A stretch of DNA of 64,000 nucleotides, taken from an uncultured candidate division Zixibacteria bacterium (GTDB taxonomy: Bacteria > Zixibacteria > MSB-5A5 > GN15 > FEB-12). Positions 55,227 to 64,000 of the stretch are shown one piece after another. Every line of letters begins with the position of its first letter. Position 1 is the first letter of the stretch. The stretch is taken from NCBI GenBank assembly GCA_963664195.1, contig OY760907.1, positions 2,752,001 through 2,816,000 on the forward strand, given 5' to 3'. The notes beneath the pieces are model-generated. The model had not been told where the DNA came from. It saw nothing but the letters and a program-made list of their open reading frames with translations, and ran no database searches. Made by a program: the position numbers and the translations under genes.

Positions 55227-55858
55227 TCGCAGTCACTTACATGCTTGAGTTTGTCGAGTGCGTCCCCGGCCAAGCGGTTTAGCAGGTTGCGAGGTAACCC
55301 TATCACATTATCCAGATTTCCCTCTATACTGTCAACCAAAAAAGCCCCCATTCCCTGTATACCGTAGGCTCCTGCCTTGTCCATTGGCTCGCGGCTGGCG
55401 ATGTATCTACGTATCTGGTCGTCTGTCACTTCGTTGAAAACGACGGTCGTTTTCTCCACCCCCGATGACAGGCAGATACCGGAATTGACCAGCGCGAGGG
55501 CCGTGCCGACTACGTGCGTGTGACCGGACAGACTTCTCAAGATGTCAAACGCATTCTGCTCGTCTGTCGGTTTGCCGAGAATGCGCTTGTCAAGTACGAC
55601 CACCGTATCACCGCCAAGCACAAGTTCGCTGCCGTTCGTACTCTGTTCTGCCACTGCCTTTGCCTTGTCCTCGGCCATGCGGATAGCGAAAGCGAACGGA
55701 TCTTCATTCGGCAGAGCGTCCTCTTCAATATCAGAGACAGACTGTCTGAACTCTATCCCGATTTCGGCCAGCAGCCGTTTGCGCCGGGGAGAGCGTGAGC
55801 CGAGCACCAGGGGGTGCAGGCCGGCGAGTGTTGTGAGAGCATCATACGTCATGGTCAA
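55223..55858 (-). CDS. maf: Maf family nucleoside triphosphate pyrophosphatase
   Basis: S.SPRR..LL, DTVV, LGKP, DKAGAYGIQG, NVIGLP. Confidence 0.95.
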   Translation of the reverse strand: MTMTYDALTTLAGLHPLVLGSRSPRRKRLLAEIGIEFRQSVSDIEEDALPNEDPFAFAIRMAEDKAKAVAEQSTNGSELVLGGDTVVVLDKRILGKPTDEQNAFDILRSLSGHTHVVGTALALVNSGICLSSGVEKTTVVFNEVTDDQIRRYIASREPMDKAGAYGIQGMGAFLVDSIEGNLDNVIGLPRNLLNRLAGDALDKLKHVSDCE

Positions 55859-56285
55859 GTATTATTGTAACCGGTCCTTTGTTGTTAAACCTGACGTCCA
55901 TCGAGGCGCCGAATATCCCACTGGAGGTCTTTAGTTCGCTGGCCGCAACGAGTTCGACGAAGCGATTGTACAGTCGCTCAGCCTCCACCGGCTCAAGCGC
56001 CTCGGAGAAGCCCGGGCGACGACCCTTGCGGGTGTCGGCGTACAGGGTGAACTGCGAGACTATCATGATCTCAGCATTGGTGTCGAGAGCCGACAGGTTC
56101 AGCTTGCCGCCCCGGTCTTCGAATATCCGCAGGTTGACCGCTTTGTCGGCAAGGTAGCCGCAAGAGTCCTCTGTGTCGCCTGTGCGGGTTCCGAAGAGAA
56201 TCAGCAGCCCCTGGCCGGTCCGGCTGTGCAGAGCGCCGTCGATCCAGACCTCGACGCCCGATGTCCGTTGCAGTATCAGTCGCAT
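55842..56285 (-). CDS. dtd: D-aminoacyl-tRNA deacylase
   Basis: LRIFED..GKLN, VSQFTL, KGRRP.F, FGA.M.V...N.GPVT. Confidence 0.96.
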   Translation of the reverse strand: MRLILQRTSGVEVWIDGALHSRTGQGLLILFGTRTGDTEDSCGYLADKAVNLRIFEDRGGKLNLSALDTNAEIMIVSQFTLYADTRKGRRPGFSEALEPVEAERLYNRFVELVAASELKTSSGIFGASMDVRFNNKGPVTIILDHDV

Positions 56286-56581
56286 ATCCCTGTTCCTGTT
56301 TGAGCGGGGAATATAAGCACTGGCGGGGATTCTACCAAGCGCAACGGTGGAAATTGTGTCCCCTTTCGCATGTTAATCGAGGAAGATGCCCGGTTGTGGA
56401 TCCCAATCCCTTTTTCTGCTTGATGGATGACCCGGGATAGGAGTATATTGCTGGCTGCTATCTGATTGCTCCTGAACGGAAGTCGGAGAACCTCGCTGAA
56501 ACCGCGCCTCGTGGAACCCTCGGCTGTTTTCCTTGTTAGAGCATGACAGAAGAGTACATGAACCATTGTGGAGGTACACTA

Positions 56582-56908
56582 ATGAGCAAACCGGTTCAGA
56601 TAACCGATGATTCGTTTGAAACCGAAGTTCTACAGTCTGATAAGCCCGTTGTAGTGGATTTCTGGGCGACGTGGTGTGGTCCGTGCAAGATGATTGCGCC
56701 GATCCTTGAGGAAGTTGCCGCTGAGATGAGTGAAAAGGTCAAGATTACGAAACTGGACGTTGACTCGAACAGTGTGACAGCCGGAAAGTATAACATTATG
56801 TCGATTCCCTCTTTGCTTTTCTTCAAGAACGGTGAAGTGGTCGACCAGGTTGTCGGGGCTATCCCGAAAGCCCAACTGGTAGCCCGGTTGGAAAAAGTCC
56901 TGGCCTAG
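56582..56908 (+). CDS. trxA: Thioredoxin
   Basis: SD GGAGG; VDFWATWCGPCK; cis-Pro SIP. Confidence 0.97.
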   Translation: MSKPVQITDDSFETEVLQSDKPVVVDFWATWCGPCKMIAPILEEVAAEMSEKVKITKLDVDSNSVTAGKYNIMSIPSLLFFKNGEVVDQVVGAIPKAQLVARLEKVLA

Positions 56909-56926
56909 ACGAATTCGCAGGATATC

Positions 56927-56961
56927 GGGCCGGACGGGGATTGCCTCGTCCGGCCCCTTTT
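56927..56961 (+). terminator. Hairpin after trxA (terminator or stabilising stem)
   Basis: GGGCCGGACG...CGTCCGGCCC followed by CTTTT. Confidence 0.65.
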
Positions 56962-56994
56962 ATGGGAAAGTAGATACAAGGAAGCGTTGTCGAC

Positions 56995-57189
56995 ATGACA
57001 TGGCAGGACATCCTCTGGCTCGGCTTCTTCGTGGTCGTCTGGTACGTGTTGGTGGCAAAGGTGCTGCCGCGGTTGGGCATTGGGTCGTGAATGAGCCCGC
57101 AGTGCAGTCTCCCGGCGGGAGATCACAACCACCCTGATGCCCCCGAAGACGACAAGAAAGCAGATGGCAAGCGGCTATCCGATCTTTAG
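56995..57189 (+). CDS. Candidate small single-TM selenoprotein, 64 aa, Sec at codon 32 (UGA 57088-57090)
   Basis: Manual translation MTWQDILWLGFFVVVWYVLVAKVLPRLGIGS-U-MSPQCSLPAGDHNHPDAPEDDKKADGKRLSDL*; SD-like AAGGAAG; SECIS-like hairpin downstream. Not in the ORF track. Confidence 0.7.
57102..57126 (+). promoter_or_regulatory. Bacterial SECIS-like hairpin
   Basis: GUG-(CA bulge)-GUCUCCC-GGC-GGGAGAU-CAC. The stem begins after an 11-nt spacer from the UGA; the G-initiated apical loop begins after 23 nt. Confidence 0.6.
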
Positions 57190-57222
57190 AACTGTCCGGA
57201 CATTGCCGATACTGTAATAGAT

Positions 57223-58065
57223 ATGAGGTTTTACCAGCAACAGGGACCTTCCTCAGGTCGAAGGATGTCTTTCGGACCGGGAAGACTATCGCCGTTCATT
57301 AAGTGGATGCTGATAGTCAATGGCGGCATGTACGTGCTGCAGTTGATCATGCCCGCGCTAACAAGCCAATTGGGGCTGACTCCGGCGCGGTTTTTCAGTG
57401 AATTCCCCAATCGAATCTACCAGTTGTTCACGTACATGTTCCTCCATTCGCCGGGATCACCCTGGCATCTGCTGTTCAATATGTTTGCGCTCTGGATGTT
57501 TGGCACTGAGATTGAGTACACCTGGGGGACCAAACGGTTTGCCCGTTTTTATGTTATCGCCGGTCTGGCCGGTGCGGTCTTGACCTTGATAGTGTATCCG
57601 GGACAGCCAATCCCGATGATCGGTGCCTCGGCCGCCATCTACGGTTTGCTGGTGGCATACTGGTTTATGTTCCCGCAGCGGATGTTGTACTTCTGGGGCA
57701 TATTCCCGATCAGAGTGAAATGGGCGATTCCAGGGGTTATGTTGCTTGGATTCCTTTTTGGCGGTGCGTCAGTTGCTCATATGGCGCACCTTGGCGGCGC
57801 TGCATACGGCGTGGTGTATATGAAGTCGAAATGGCCGCTGTTTTCCTGGGGGCGGAAGTTTAAAAGCTTGCGCGCCAAGAGACAAGAGGCTAAGCTGGAC
57901 AAGAGACGTCACGAGGCTGCCAACGTTATGAAGCGGGTCGATGCGATTCTGGACAAGATCAATGAGGTCGGAATCGAGAACATAAGTAAAGCAGATCGTA
58001 AATTCCTCGAAGAAGCCTCCTCGGAAATGTCTCGAGACGGCAAAAACTCTCAAAACAGTCGGTAG
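57223..58065 (+). CDS. Rhomboid family intramembrane serine protease with C-terminal DUF6576-like tail
   Basis: TYMFLH, HLLFNM..LW.FG..IE, GASAA (catalytic Ser), AHLGG, VDAILDKI...G...IS..DRKFL. Confidence 0.92.
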   Translation: MRFYQQQGPSSGRRMSFGPGRLSPFIKWMLIVNGGMYVLQLIMPALTSQLGLTPARFFSEFPNRIYQLFTYMFLHSPGSPWHLLFNMFALWMFGTEIEYTWGTKRFARFYVIAGLAGAVLTLIVYPGQPIPMIGASAAIYGLLVAYWFMFPQRMLYFWGIFPIRVKWAIPGVMLLGFLFGGASVAHMAHLGGAAYGVVYMKSKWPLFSWGRKFKSLRAKRQEAKLDKRRHEAANVMKRVDAILDKINEVGIENISKADRKFLEEASSEMSRDGKNSQNSR

Positions 58066-58069
58066 GTAT

Positions 58070-59314
58070 ATGCGCAGGAAAATCCTTGTAGTTGAAGCAA
58101 CCGACACGGTCAGGGCAATCGCCGAAACCGTTCTGCGTCAGAACGGCTATGAGGTGATAGCGGTATCTGAACCGGATCGCGCCCAGGAAGTCCTCGAGTT
58201 TTCGAGGCCCGACCTGGTAGTGATCAGTGCCGATGTTCGTGCCGCCAACGGGCTTCCATACTACGAGAAAGTCAGACAGGATGCAGTGTCTGCCACCATT
58301 CCGATGCTGTTGTTTGAACCGGCCGACAAGTCGGCGCTTGATTTCCCCGAAGAAGTCATTATCCCGCAGCCATTTGACCCCAGGGATTTCCTTGCTCGCG
58401 TGGGCGTGTTTATCGGCCAGGGTGATGCAAAACCGGCTGCCGCCTCCGCTGACAACCCGTTGAGCAGTTCGCCGGTCGATGATGAATTTCTTGATGCCGC
58501 ACTCGGGCTGGACCGGATCGATGTCACCGAGTCTGAAGTAATGGACAATACGGTGATTAGAGCGAAAAAGGTTGCGGTGGGTTCGGGCAACAACTCGACC
58601 GGGCTGTCCTCCGAGTCTCAAGGCAACGATTCTCTCTCTGACTCCTCGAAAGTCGAATCGCTCATGATTCAAGACGATACCAGCCAGATTCGCCACAAGA
58701 AGCAGGTTAAAAGGGCCCAGCCAAAGATTGAAGGCACGGGTAAGCTGGAGATTCTCGACGATCAGTTCGGTATGAACGAAGCAGAAATCGCTTTCGACGA
58801 GCCGGAAGATCAGGTCCACGACTACGACTGGTTTGTCCAGAGTATGCAGACGGACAAAGAGGCTCCGGCGAAACCGACATCACCACCTGTTGAGAAGCCC
58901 CGCCACGATGAGGTGGACACCTTGACGTTCGATGAGCCGTCGGCTGCTGTCGATCCGATTACACCGCCGCCGTCGCAACCTGCGCAGCCGCAGGCTGGCG
59001 ATCAACAAGGGGCGGGCGTCGAGAAGTTCATTGATGAGTTCAAGAAAGAGATTGAGCAACTTCGCGACGGCGAGACAGACTCTCTCGAAATGGCAGTCAG
59101 ACGGTCGGCATCAGAGACACATTCCGGTGACGACATTGCCTGGGACGAAGAGCTTGAGGATATCACACCCAGGCAATTGCGACTCTTCACACAGGCATTC
59201 GCAGAAGAACTCGGACATAAGATTGCCCAGATGGTCATCGAAAAGATCGATGCCGACAAACTTCTACATCTCCTCAAAACCGAGATACTCAAGCGCCGCG
59301 ACCAGTCGTCCTGA
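58070..59314 (+). CDS. Atypical (pseudo-)receiver domain protein with long acidic/Pro-rich linker and helical C-terminus
   Basis: KILVVE...GYEV...PDLVVI fold pattern; phospho-Asp replaced by Ser and KPF replaced by QPF. Confidence 0.8.
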   Translation: MRRKILVVEATDTVRAIAETVLRQNGYEVIAVSEPDRAQEVLEFSRPDLVVISADVRAANGLPYYEKVRQDAVSATIPMLLFEPADKSALDFPEEVIIPQPFDPRDFLARVGVFIGQGDAKPAAASADNPLSSSPVDDEFLDAALGLDRIDVTESEVMDNTVIRAKKVAVGSGNNSTGLSSESQGNDSLSDSSKVESLMIQDDTSQIRHKKQVKRAQPKIEGTGKLEILDDQFGMNEAEIAFDEPEDQVHDYDWFVQSMQTDKEAPAKPTSPPVEKPRHDEVDTLTFDEPSAAVDPITPPPSQPAQPQAGDQQGAGVEKFIDEFKKEIEQLRDGETDSLEMAVRRSASETHSGDDIAWDEELEDITPRQLRLFTQAFAEELGHKIAQMVIEKIDADKLLHLLKTEILKRRDQSS

Positions 59315-59356
59315 CACAGTCAGTCGCCCTGCCACAGTCAGTCGCCCTGCCACCTC
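59303..59356 (+). repeat. 18-bp tandem repeat, three copies, spanning the stop codon
   Basis: CAGTCGTCCTGACACAGT / CAGTCGCCCTGCCACAGT / CAGTCGCCCTGCCACCTC. Confidence 0.85.
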
Positions 59357-59499
59357 ACGCCAAAAACTACTTTTGCCTTGTCCTGTTTTGTGCGATATTA
59401 CGACTTGTGCTTCGCTGGCGGATGCGGATTTCTCCGTTGTCCGAAACCGAGTGTACATAGTGTAACCTGAACATCAGTCGCACAGTTAAGAGGAATATC

Positions 59500-61395
59500 A
59501 TGACGTCTCGACGCTGCTTACGCATTACGGTTTTAGTCCTACTGACAGTCCTTCTGGGAGCATCGCTGACCTTCTCCGATGTCAACCCGTTTGGGTTTGC
59601 GGGGGAAGAGGAAGAGCAACTGGTCGACGTATCAACCGCCTTCTCGACCTCGGCAGCTCAGCCGGGTGAAACCTACACGGCAGCAGTCAAGGTTTCCATT
59701 GTGTCTCCCTGGCACATTAATTCGTCCAAGCCGTATCAAGATTTTCTTATTCCCGCTTCACTCATGTTTGACACTGTTGCAGGCGCCACCCCTCATAGCG
59801 TGGTGTACCCTGACGGAGACGAGGCGAAACTCGGCAAAGAAACCATGTCCGTTTATCACGGTGATGTCACGGTGTTCTTTGACGTGACAATAGACGCCGA
59901 TGCTGAGTCTGGCGAGTATACGATTCCAGTACGATTCGATTGCCAGCCGTGCGATGACAAGTCGTGTGTGGCTCCTCGCACCAAAGAGACAGCCCTCACG
60001 TTTGTGGTGGGCGAAGGCGGCACTCCGATCAACGAAGCCCTATTCAGCGGCGCAACCACAGTGACTCCTGCGGCCGATGCAAATGCCTCAGGCGGAGCAG
60101 AGGCAGACTCCGAGCTGCAGCGGCTGATCGACGAGCACGGCTTCTGGGGATACTTCCTCGCCCTCGGACTGGCTTTCGTGACGGGTTTGGTGCTTTCGTT
60201 CTCGCCGTGTACTTATCCGATGATTCCGATTACTGTGAGTATTTTCGCCGGTCAGGAACGATCGGTCGGGAAGGGCTTCATTATGTCGCTCTTCTATGTC
60301 GGTTCGATGGCGTTTGTGTACGGTCTGATGGGACTGATCGTGTCGCTGGTAGGAGGCGTGTTCGGAGCCTGGTTGGCCAGCCCGCCTGTGGTGATCGGTA
60401 TTGTAGTGGTGTTCGTCATATTCTCGCTTTCGATGTTCGGCCTGTATGAATTGCAGGTCCCGAGTGCGCTTCGCCAGAAGTTGGGTACAACCAAAGGTGG
60501 CGGCGGAATCCTCGGGGCAATCGTCCTCGGTATTGTCGCGGCTCTGGTAGTATCCCCATGTGTGGGACCGTTTGTTGCGGGTATTCTCCTCTATGTTGCT
60601 ACCAGCGGATCGCCCGCTGTTGGTTTCCTTGTTCTGTTTGTCTTTGCGCTTGGACTCGGAACGCTGTTTGTAGTGATCGGCACGTTTTCCTCGGCGATCA
60701 ACTCTCTGCCACGTTCCGGCGAGTGGATGGAAACGGTGAAGAAATTCTTTGGCTTCATCCTTCTGCTCATGGCGATTTATTTTCTTCGCACGCTCGTCTC
60801 AAGCGAGTTGATTGCGATCCTGTTCGGCTTGTTGCTTCTCGCATTTGGCACTTTTGGCGGCGGTCTCGACCGGCTTTCAGGGGAGGCGGGCTTTTTCCCG
60901 CGACTCAAGAAATTCCTGGGCGTCATCTCGCTCATCATCGGTGTGTACTTGTTCGCCGGATCGCTCCTCACGCAGGGACTGATCCTTCCACCAGCCTCAG
61001 AATGGCTGCCTGCCAGCGGGGGAGCTGGCGTTGAGAAGGCCGAGTTGGTTCATTGGGAGACGAACCTGGAAGCGGGATTGGCTCGCGCCAAAGCTGAGGG
61101 CAAACCGGTCTTGATAGACACGTGGGCGACCTGGTGTGCCAACTGCAAAGTGCTGGAAAAGAAAACGTTCGGCAACGAAGGAGTGGCAGCCGAGGCCAAA
61201 CGGTTTGTGCCCATCAAACTCCAGCTTGAGACTGCCGACTCGCCGGTCACGATCGAATTCAAAGAACGGTTCGGCCTGAAGCAGTACTCGCTGCCGACAA
61301 CGCTGCTATTGTACCCGTCTGGTGAAGTGCATCGAATCATGCAGGGAGCGGTCGGTCCCGACGAAATGATTGAGGAGATGCGCCAGGTCAAGTAG
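59500..61395 (+). CDS. dsbD: Thiol:disulfide interchange protein DsbD
   Basis: N-domain QPCDDKSC; TM domain SPCTYPMIPI and VSPCVGP; thioredoxin domain WATWCANC. Confidence 0.93.
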   Translation: MTSRRCLRITVLVLLTVLLGASLTFSDVNPFGFAGEEEEQLVDVSTAFSTSAAQPGETYTAAVKVSIVSPWHINSSKPYQDFLIPASLMFDTVAGATPHSVVYPDGDEAKLGKETMSVYHGDVTVFFDVTIDADAESGEYTIPVRFDCQPCDDKSCVAPRTKETALTFVVGEGGTPINEALFSGATTVTPAADANASGGAEADSELQRLIDEHGFWGYFLALGLAFVTGLVLSFSPCTYPMIPITVSIFAGQERSVGKGFIMSLFYVGSMAFVYGLMGLIVSLVGGVFGAWLASPPVVIGIVVVFVIFSLSMFGLYELQVPSALRQKLGTTKGGGGILGAIVLGIVAALVVSPCVGPFVAGILLYVATSGSPAVGFLVLFVFALGLGTLFVVIGTFSSAINSLPRSGEWMETVKKFFGFILLLMAIYFLRTLVSSELIAILFGLLLLAFGTFGGGLDRLSGEAGFFPRLKKFLGVISLIIGVYLFAGSLLTQGLILPPASEWLPASGGAGVEKAELVHWETNLEAGLARAKAEGKPVLIDTWATWCANCKVLEKKTFGNEGVAAEAKRFVPIKLQLETADSPVTIEFKERFGLKQYSLPTTLLLYPSGEVHRIMQGAVGPDEMIEEMRQVK

Positions 61396-61606
61396 GGGAC
61401 TTGTGCTGTGTTATTTGATCTTTGACCTGATTTGTCAATTCACTGTACTGTTTTTGCAGTTTCCCTGGCGACATAAGGTTGCTGGAGTTGTCCGTCTTCC
61501 GGGATTTAATTAACTGGCAAACAGGTACTTAGGGTTTGGCTCCGGCTGATGGAAGCCGATCTGCGCCAGGTATCTACAATACTCCGATTTTTCGTCTCTC
61601 TCCGGC

Positions 61607-61635
61607 TTGACGCTGGGAGCGCCAGCGGCTATATT
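61607..61635 (+). promoter_or_regulatory. sigma70-type promoter
   Basis: TTGACG, 17 bp spacer, TATATT upstream of ATG 61672. Confidence 0.6.
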
Positions 61636-61671
61636 TTCTTTATAGCTAACCGTAACAGTGAACGGGATTAC

Positions 61672-62424
61672 ATGTCGGCAAAAGAGAAGAACAACTCAGT
61701 AATCGCTATCTGCATTCAGGAACCTTCCGAAGATGGTTCCAACATGGATTTCGGCGAGATAAAAGGCGATGACCTTCGGTTCATCCACCAGGCGTTTATC
61801 ACGGATTCGATCTGCTCCGCACTTTCCGTGCCCTCAGCAGACACGCGCCTTTACTACATTGAGAAACCTGACCGGAAACGGCTGGTCGAAATTATCACGG
61901 AGTATCTTGGCAAGAAGCAGTGCTCCGGGAAACTCTCAAAACGGTTCCGGGAGAATTTCTCTTCCCATTCGATGGAGTTTGAACGATGGGGAATCCGTAT
62001 GGAGAATATCTTCGAGGATTGTTTCGCACAGGGCTACAAGAATGTCCTGTTGCTTGGCAGTCGCACTCCGACGGTAACCGCTACCAAGATCAAAGCTGCC
62101 CTGCGCATGCTCGAACAGTCCGACGCCGTTTTCGGCCCGACCCCCGACGGTCGGTACTACTCGATTGGTATGTCCGGCTCCTACCGTATAAAGCTCTCTG
62201 ATTTTGATTGGAAGTCGGGAGCAATTTATTCTGAAGTTGCCGGTGCTTTCACCGAGCAGGGACTCAGTTGGTCGGAGCTGGAAATCTGGTACGCGGTCGA
62301 AAGCGCCGAAGAACTGGAACTGATGGCACGTGACATCAACCAGTTCCGGTTTGAGGGGGACGAAACCTCAGGTCGCGAAACGGAACTCGTTATGGAACGT
62401 CTCATCTCAAAACTGGAGCAGTGA
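61672..62424 (+). CDS. Divergent DUF2064 / CofC-like nucleotidyl-/glycosyltransferase-fold protein
   Basis: G.RM...F......GYK.VLLLGS..P, D.VFGP..DG.YY.IG. Start moved to MSAKE. Confidence 0.75.
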   Translation: MSAKEKNNSVIAICIQEPSEDGSNMDFGEIKGDDLRFIHQAFITDSICSALSVPSADTRLYYIEKPDRKRLVEIITEYLGKKQCSGKLSKRFRENFSSHSMEFERWGIRMENIFEDCFAQGYKNVLLLGSRTPTVTATKIKAALRMLEQSDAVFGPTPDGRYYSIGMSGSYRIKLSDFDWKSGAIYSEVAGAFTEQGLSWSELEIWYAVESAEELELMARDINQFRFEGDETSGRETELVMERLISKLEQ

Positions 62425-63162
62425 TTGGAACGCCAACTTCAGAGACTGAACTGGATGCACGTCAGGGACCTCGTCCCGGAGAAAATTGATACAATCATAC
62501 TGCCGGTCGGCACTGTCGAAGGACACGGGTCCGCGTGCCTCGGCACCGACAATCTGATCCCGGAGACTATCGCCGAGGGGATAGTCGAAAGACTAAACGC
62601 CCTCATCGCTCCCACGGTCAATTACGGCGTCACCAAATCGCTCGTGCGCTATAACGGCGGGTCGTACATCAAGCCGGAGACGCTGGCATTGTATGTCCGG
62701 GACATACTCGACGCGTTCGTTGATACAGGTTTCAAGAACATCATCTTGCTCAACGGTCACGGCGGCAACAACTCCGCCTTGAAGAACGTTGCGTTTGATT
62801 TCCACCGGGAGCAGAAGTCCAATATCTGCGTGATTCACTGGTGGGAGTTGTGTGACAAGATGACCAGTGAATTCTACGGTCATGACGGCGGGCATGCCGG
62901 AACCAACGAAGCTGCGATGGTGCAGGCGATTGATTTCTCTCTGGTCGACAAAGAGACGTATGACCCCGAGCTGGCCTATTGGTACCGTCCGGGTGCCGAT
63001 GTATATCCGGTGCCTGGCTCGATCCTTCTGTACAAGGAAGGGGAAGGCTATCCTGAATTCGATGAAGACCAGGCCAAGCAGTATCGCGAGAAAGTTGTCG
63101 AGACGGTCGGTGATTTTGCTGAGATGGTGATCGGTCGCTGGAAGAAGTTCGGTTTTCACTGA
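62425..63162 (+). CDS. Creatininase / MftE family amidohydrolase
   Basis: LPVGTVEGHG...GTD, NGHGGN, HAG..E; TTG start directly after the upstream stop. Confidence 0.9.
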   Translation: MERQLQRLNWMHVRDLVPEKIDTIILPVGTVEGHGSACLGTDNLIPETIAEGIVERLNALIAPTVNYGVTKSLVRYNGGSYIKPETLALYVRDILDAFVDTGFKNIILLNGHGGNNSALKNVAFDFHREQKSNICVIHWWELCDKMTSEFYGHDGGHAGTNEAAMVQAIDFSLVDKETYDPELAYWYRPGADVYPVPGSILLYKEGEGYPEFDEDQAKQYREKVVETVGDFAEMVIGRWKKFGFH

Positions 63163-63181
63163 GCGGTAGTTGTGAAAGCAC

Positions 63182-63209
63182 AAAACCGGGCGGAATGCCC
63201 GGTTTTTTT
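63182..63209. terminator. Bidirectional terminator
   Basis: AAAACCGGGC-GGAAT-GCCCGGTTTTTTT between convergent genes. Confidence 0.85.
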
Positions 63210-63267
63210 GTGTCTCTGCGGATTGGTGCTGTGGTATGCCGCGAAGCGGGCTGTGTCACTAAGTCGC

Positions 63268-63999
63268 CTAGAACCGGTCGATATACATGATCCGCATGCC
63301 ACGGCCAAACGTATCGTTCTCACGTCGGTTGTTCAGCAGATCCTTGCCGTACAACTCAAGCTCGAGGTTCTCCGCAAACAACCATTTGATCGAGCAGTTC
63401 AGGTAACCACGCCCCTTGCCTGCCACATCCGGAAAGTCGCCGCGGTCATCGTTGAGAGCGGCGTCGTACTCCAGCAGCAGGGCGAGGTTGTAGTTGAAAG
63501 TGGCATCGAAACCGCCGAAGAAGTTGACGTCGTTGTCACCGTCGCCTCCGTCCTCGTCACCCTCGAGCGAGTAGTTCAGGCCAAAGTGCCAGCTCGAGGT
63601 CCACTTGTAAAAATAGAAACTCCGGCTAGCAACTGCGTAGAATCCGCGTGACTTGTACGTGTATCGGTCGTAGTCGTCCCGATAGGCGCCGTAGCCCTGA
63701 TCAGTGAAACCGATAGCGACGGCGGGGAACACTTCCATCTCGTCGATTACGCGCATTTTGATATTGAACCCGATCCTTGGATTCCAATTCGGATCGGCAC
63801 TCGAGAGTACATCTATACCGCCGTAAGCAATGCCCAGCATGAAACGACTCGACAGTCCGATGTCGGTGTTACCCTGCGCACCACCGCCGGGAAACAATCT
63901 CAGTCCGATGTTGAAATAGCCTCGGGGGAGCGTACCGGCCGTGGGAAGGTCGAGCAATTGCCGGGGAGGAATGTCGTAAAGCGTGTGAGTGGCTTCGCC
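63268..63999 (-). CDS. YjbH-like outer-membrane beta-barrel protein; 5' end lies beyond the window
   Basis: Frame is open to the window end (GEATHTLYDIPPRQLLDLPTAGTL...); D.PTA..L motif, amphipathic beta strands, C-terminal Phe. Confidence 0.75.
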   Translation of the reverse strand, partial: GEATHTLYDIPPRQLLDLPTAGTLPRGYFNIGLRLFPGGGAQGNTDIGLSSRFMLGIAYGGIDVLSSADPNWNPRIGFNIKMRVIDEMEVFPAVAIGFTDQGYGAYRDDYDRYTYKSRGFYAVASRSFYFYKWTSSWHFGLNYSLEGDEDGGDGDNDVNFFGGFDATFNYNLALLLEYDAALNDDRGDFPDVAGKGRGYLNCSIKWLFAENLELELYGKDLLNNRRENDTFGRGMRIMYIDRF

Positions 64000-64000
64000 C

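Noticed and set aside
59303..59356. Possible mini-CRISPR array
   Set aside because: Units are directly adjacent with no spacers, only 18 bp long, and there are no cas genes in the window.

Overview
Chromosomal window from a diderm, LPS-producing bacterium of roughly 55% GC. The cohesin/dockerin/'QNYPNPFN' architecture of the giant secreted protein suggests the FCB group, possibly Zixibacteria; this is inference only. Most of the window is housekeeping: ppdK, ADP-forming acyl-CoA synthetase, gltX, glnS, a ferritin/peroxiredoxin/FNR redox cluster, nadA, nadE, E2-lipB-fabL, lgt, rsmI, ssb, rplU-bamA-skp-lpxD, uvrB, rlmH-yjbQ-ftsY-smc, rodZ, maf, dtd, trxA and dsbD. I saw no rRNA, tRNA, CRISPR array or mobile element. 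Four things stand out. (1) A 64-aa membrane-anchored candidate selenoprotein, absent from the ORF track, between trxA and a rhomboid protease (56995-57189); it has an in-frame UGA in a U-x4-C motif followed by a SECIS-like hairpin. (2) A tandemly duplicated four-gene membrane module of unknown function (DUF6754-type, 1-5646). (3) A 3222-aa Cys-rich repeat protein with cohesin-like, dockerin-like and sorting domains, preceded by sigma54-like and sigma70 promoters and a structured, attenuator-like leader. (4) A small basic protein with a near-consensus promoter flanked by a recurring 25-bp palindromic motif.
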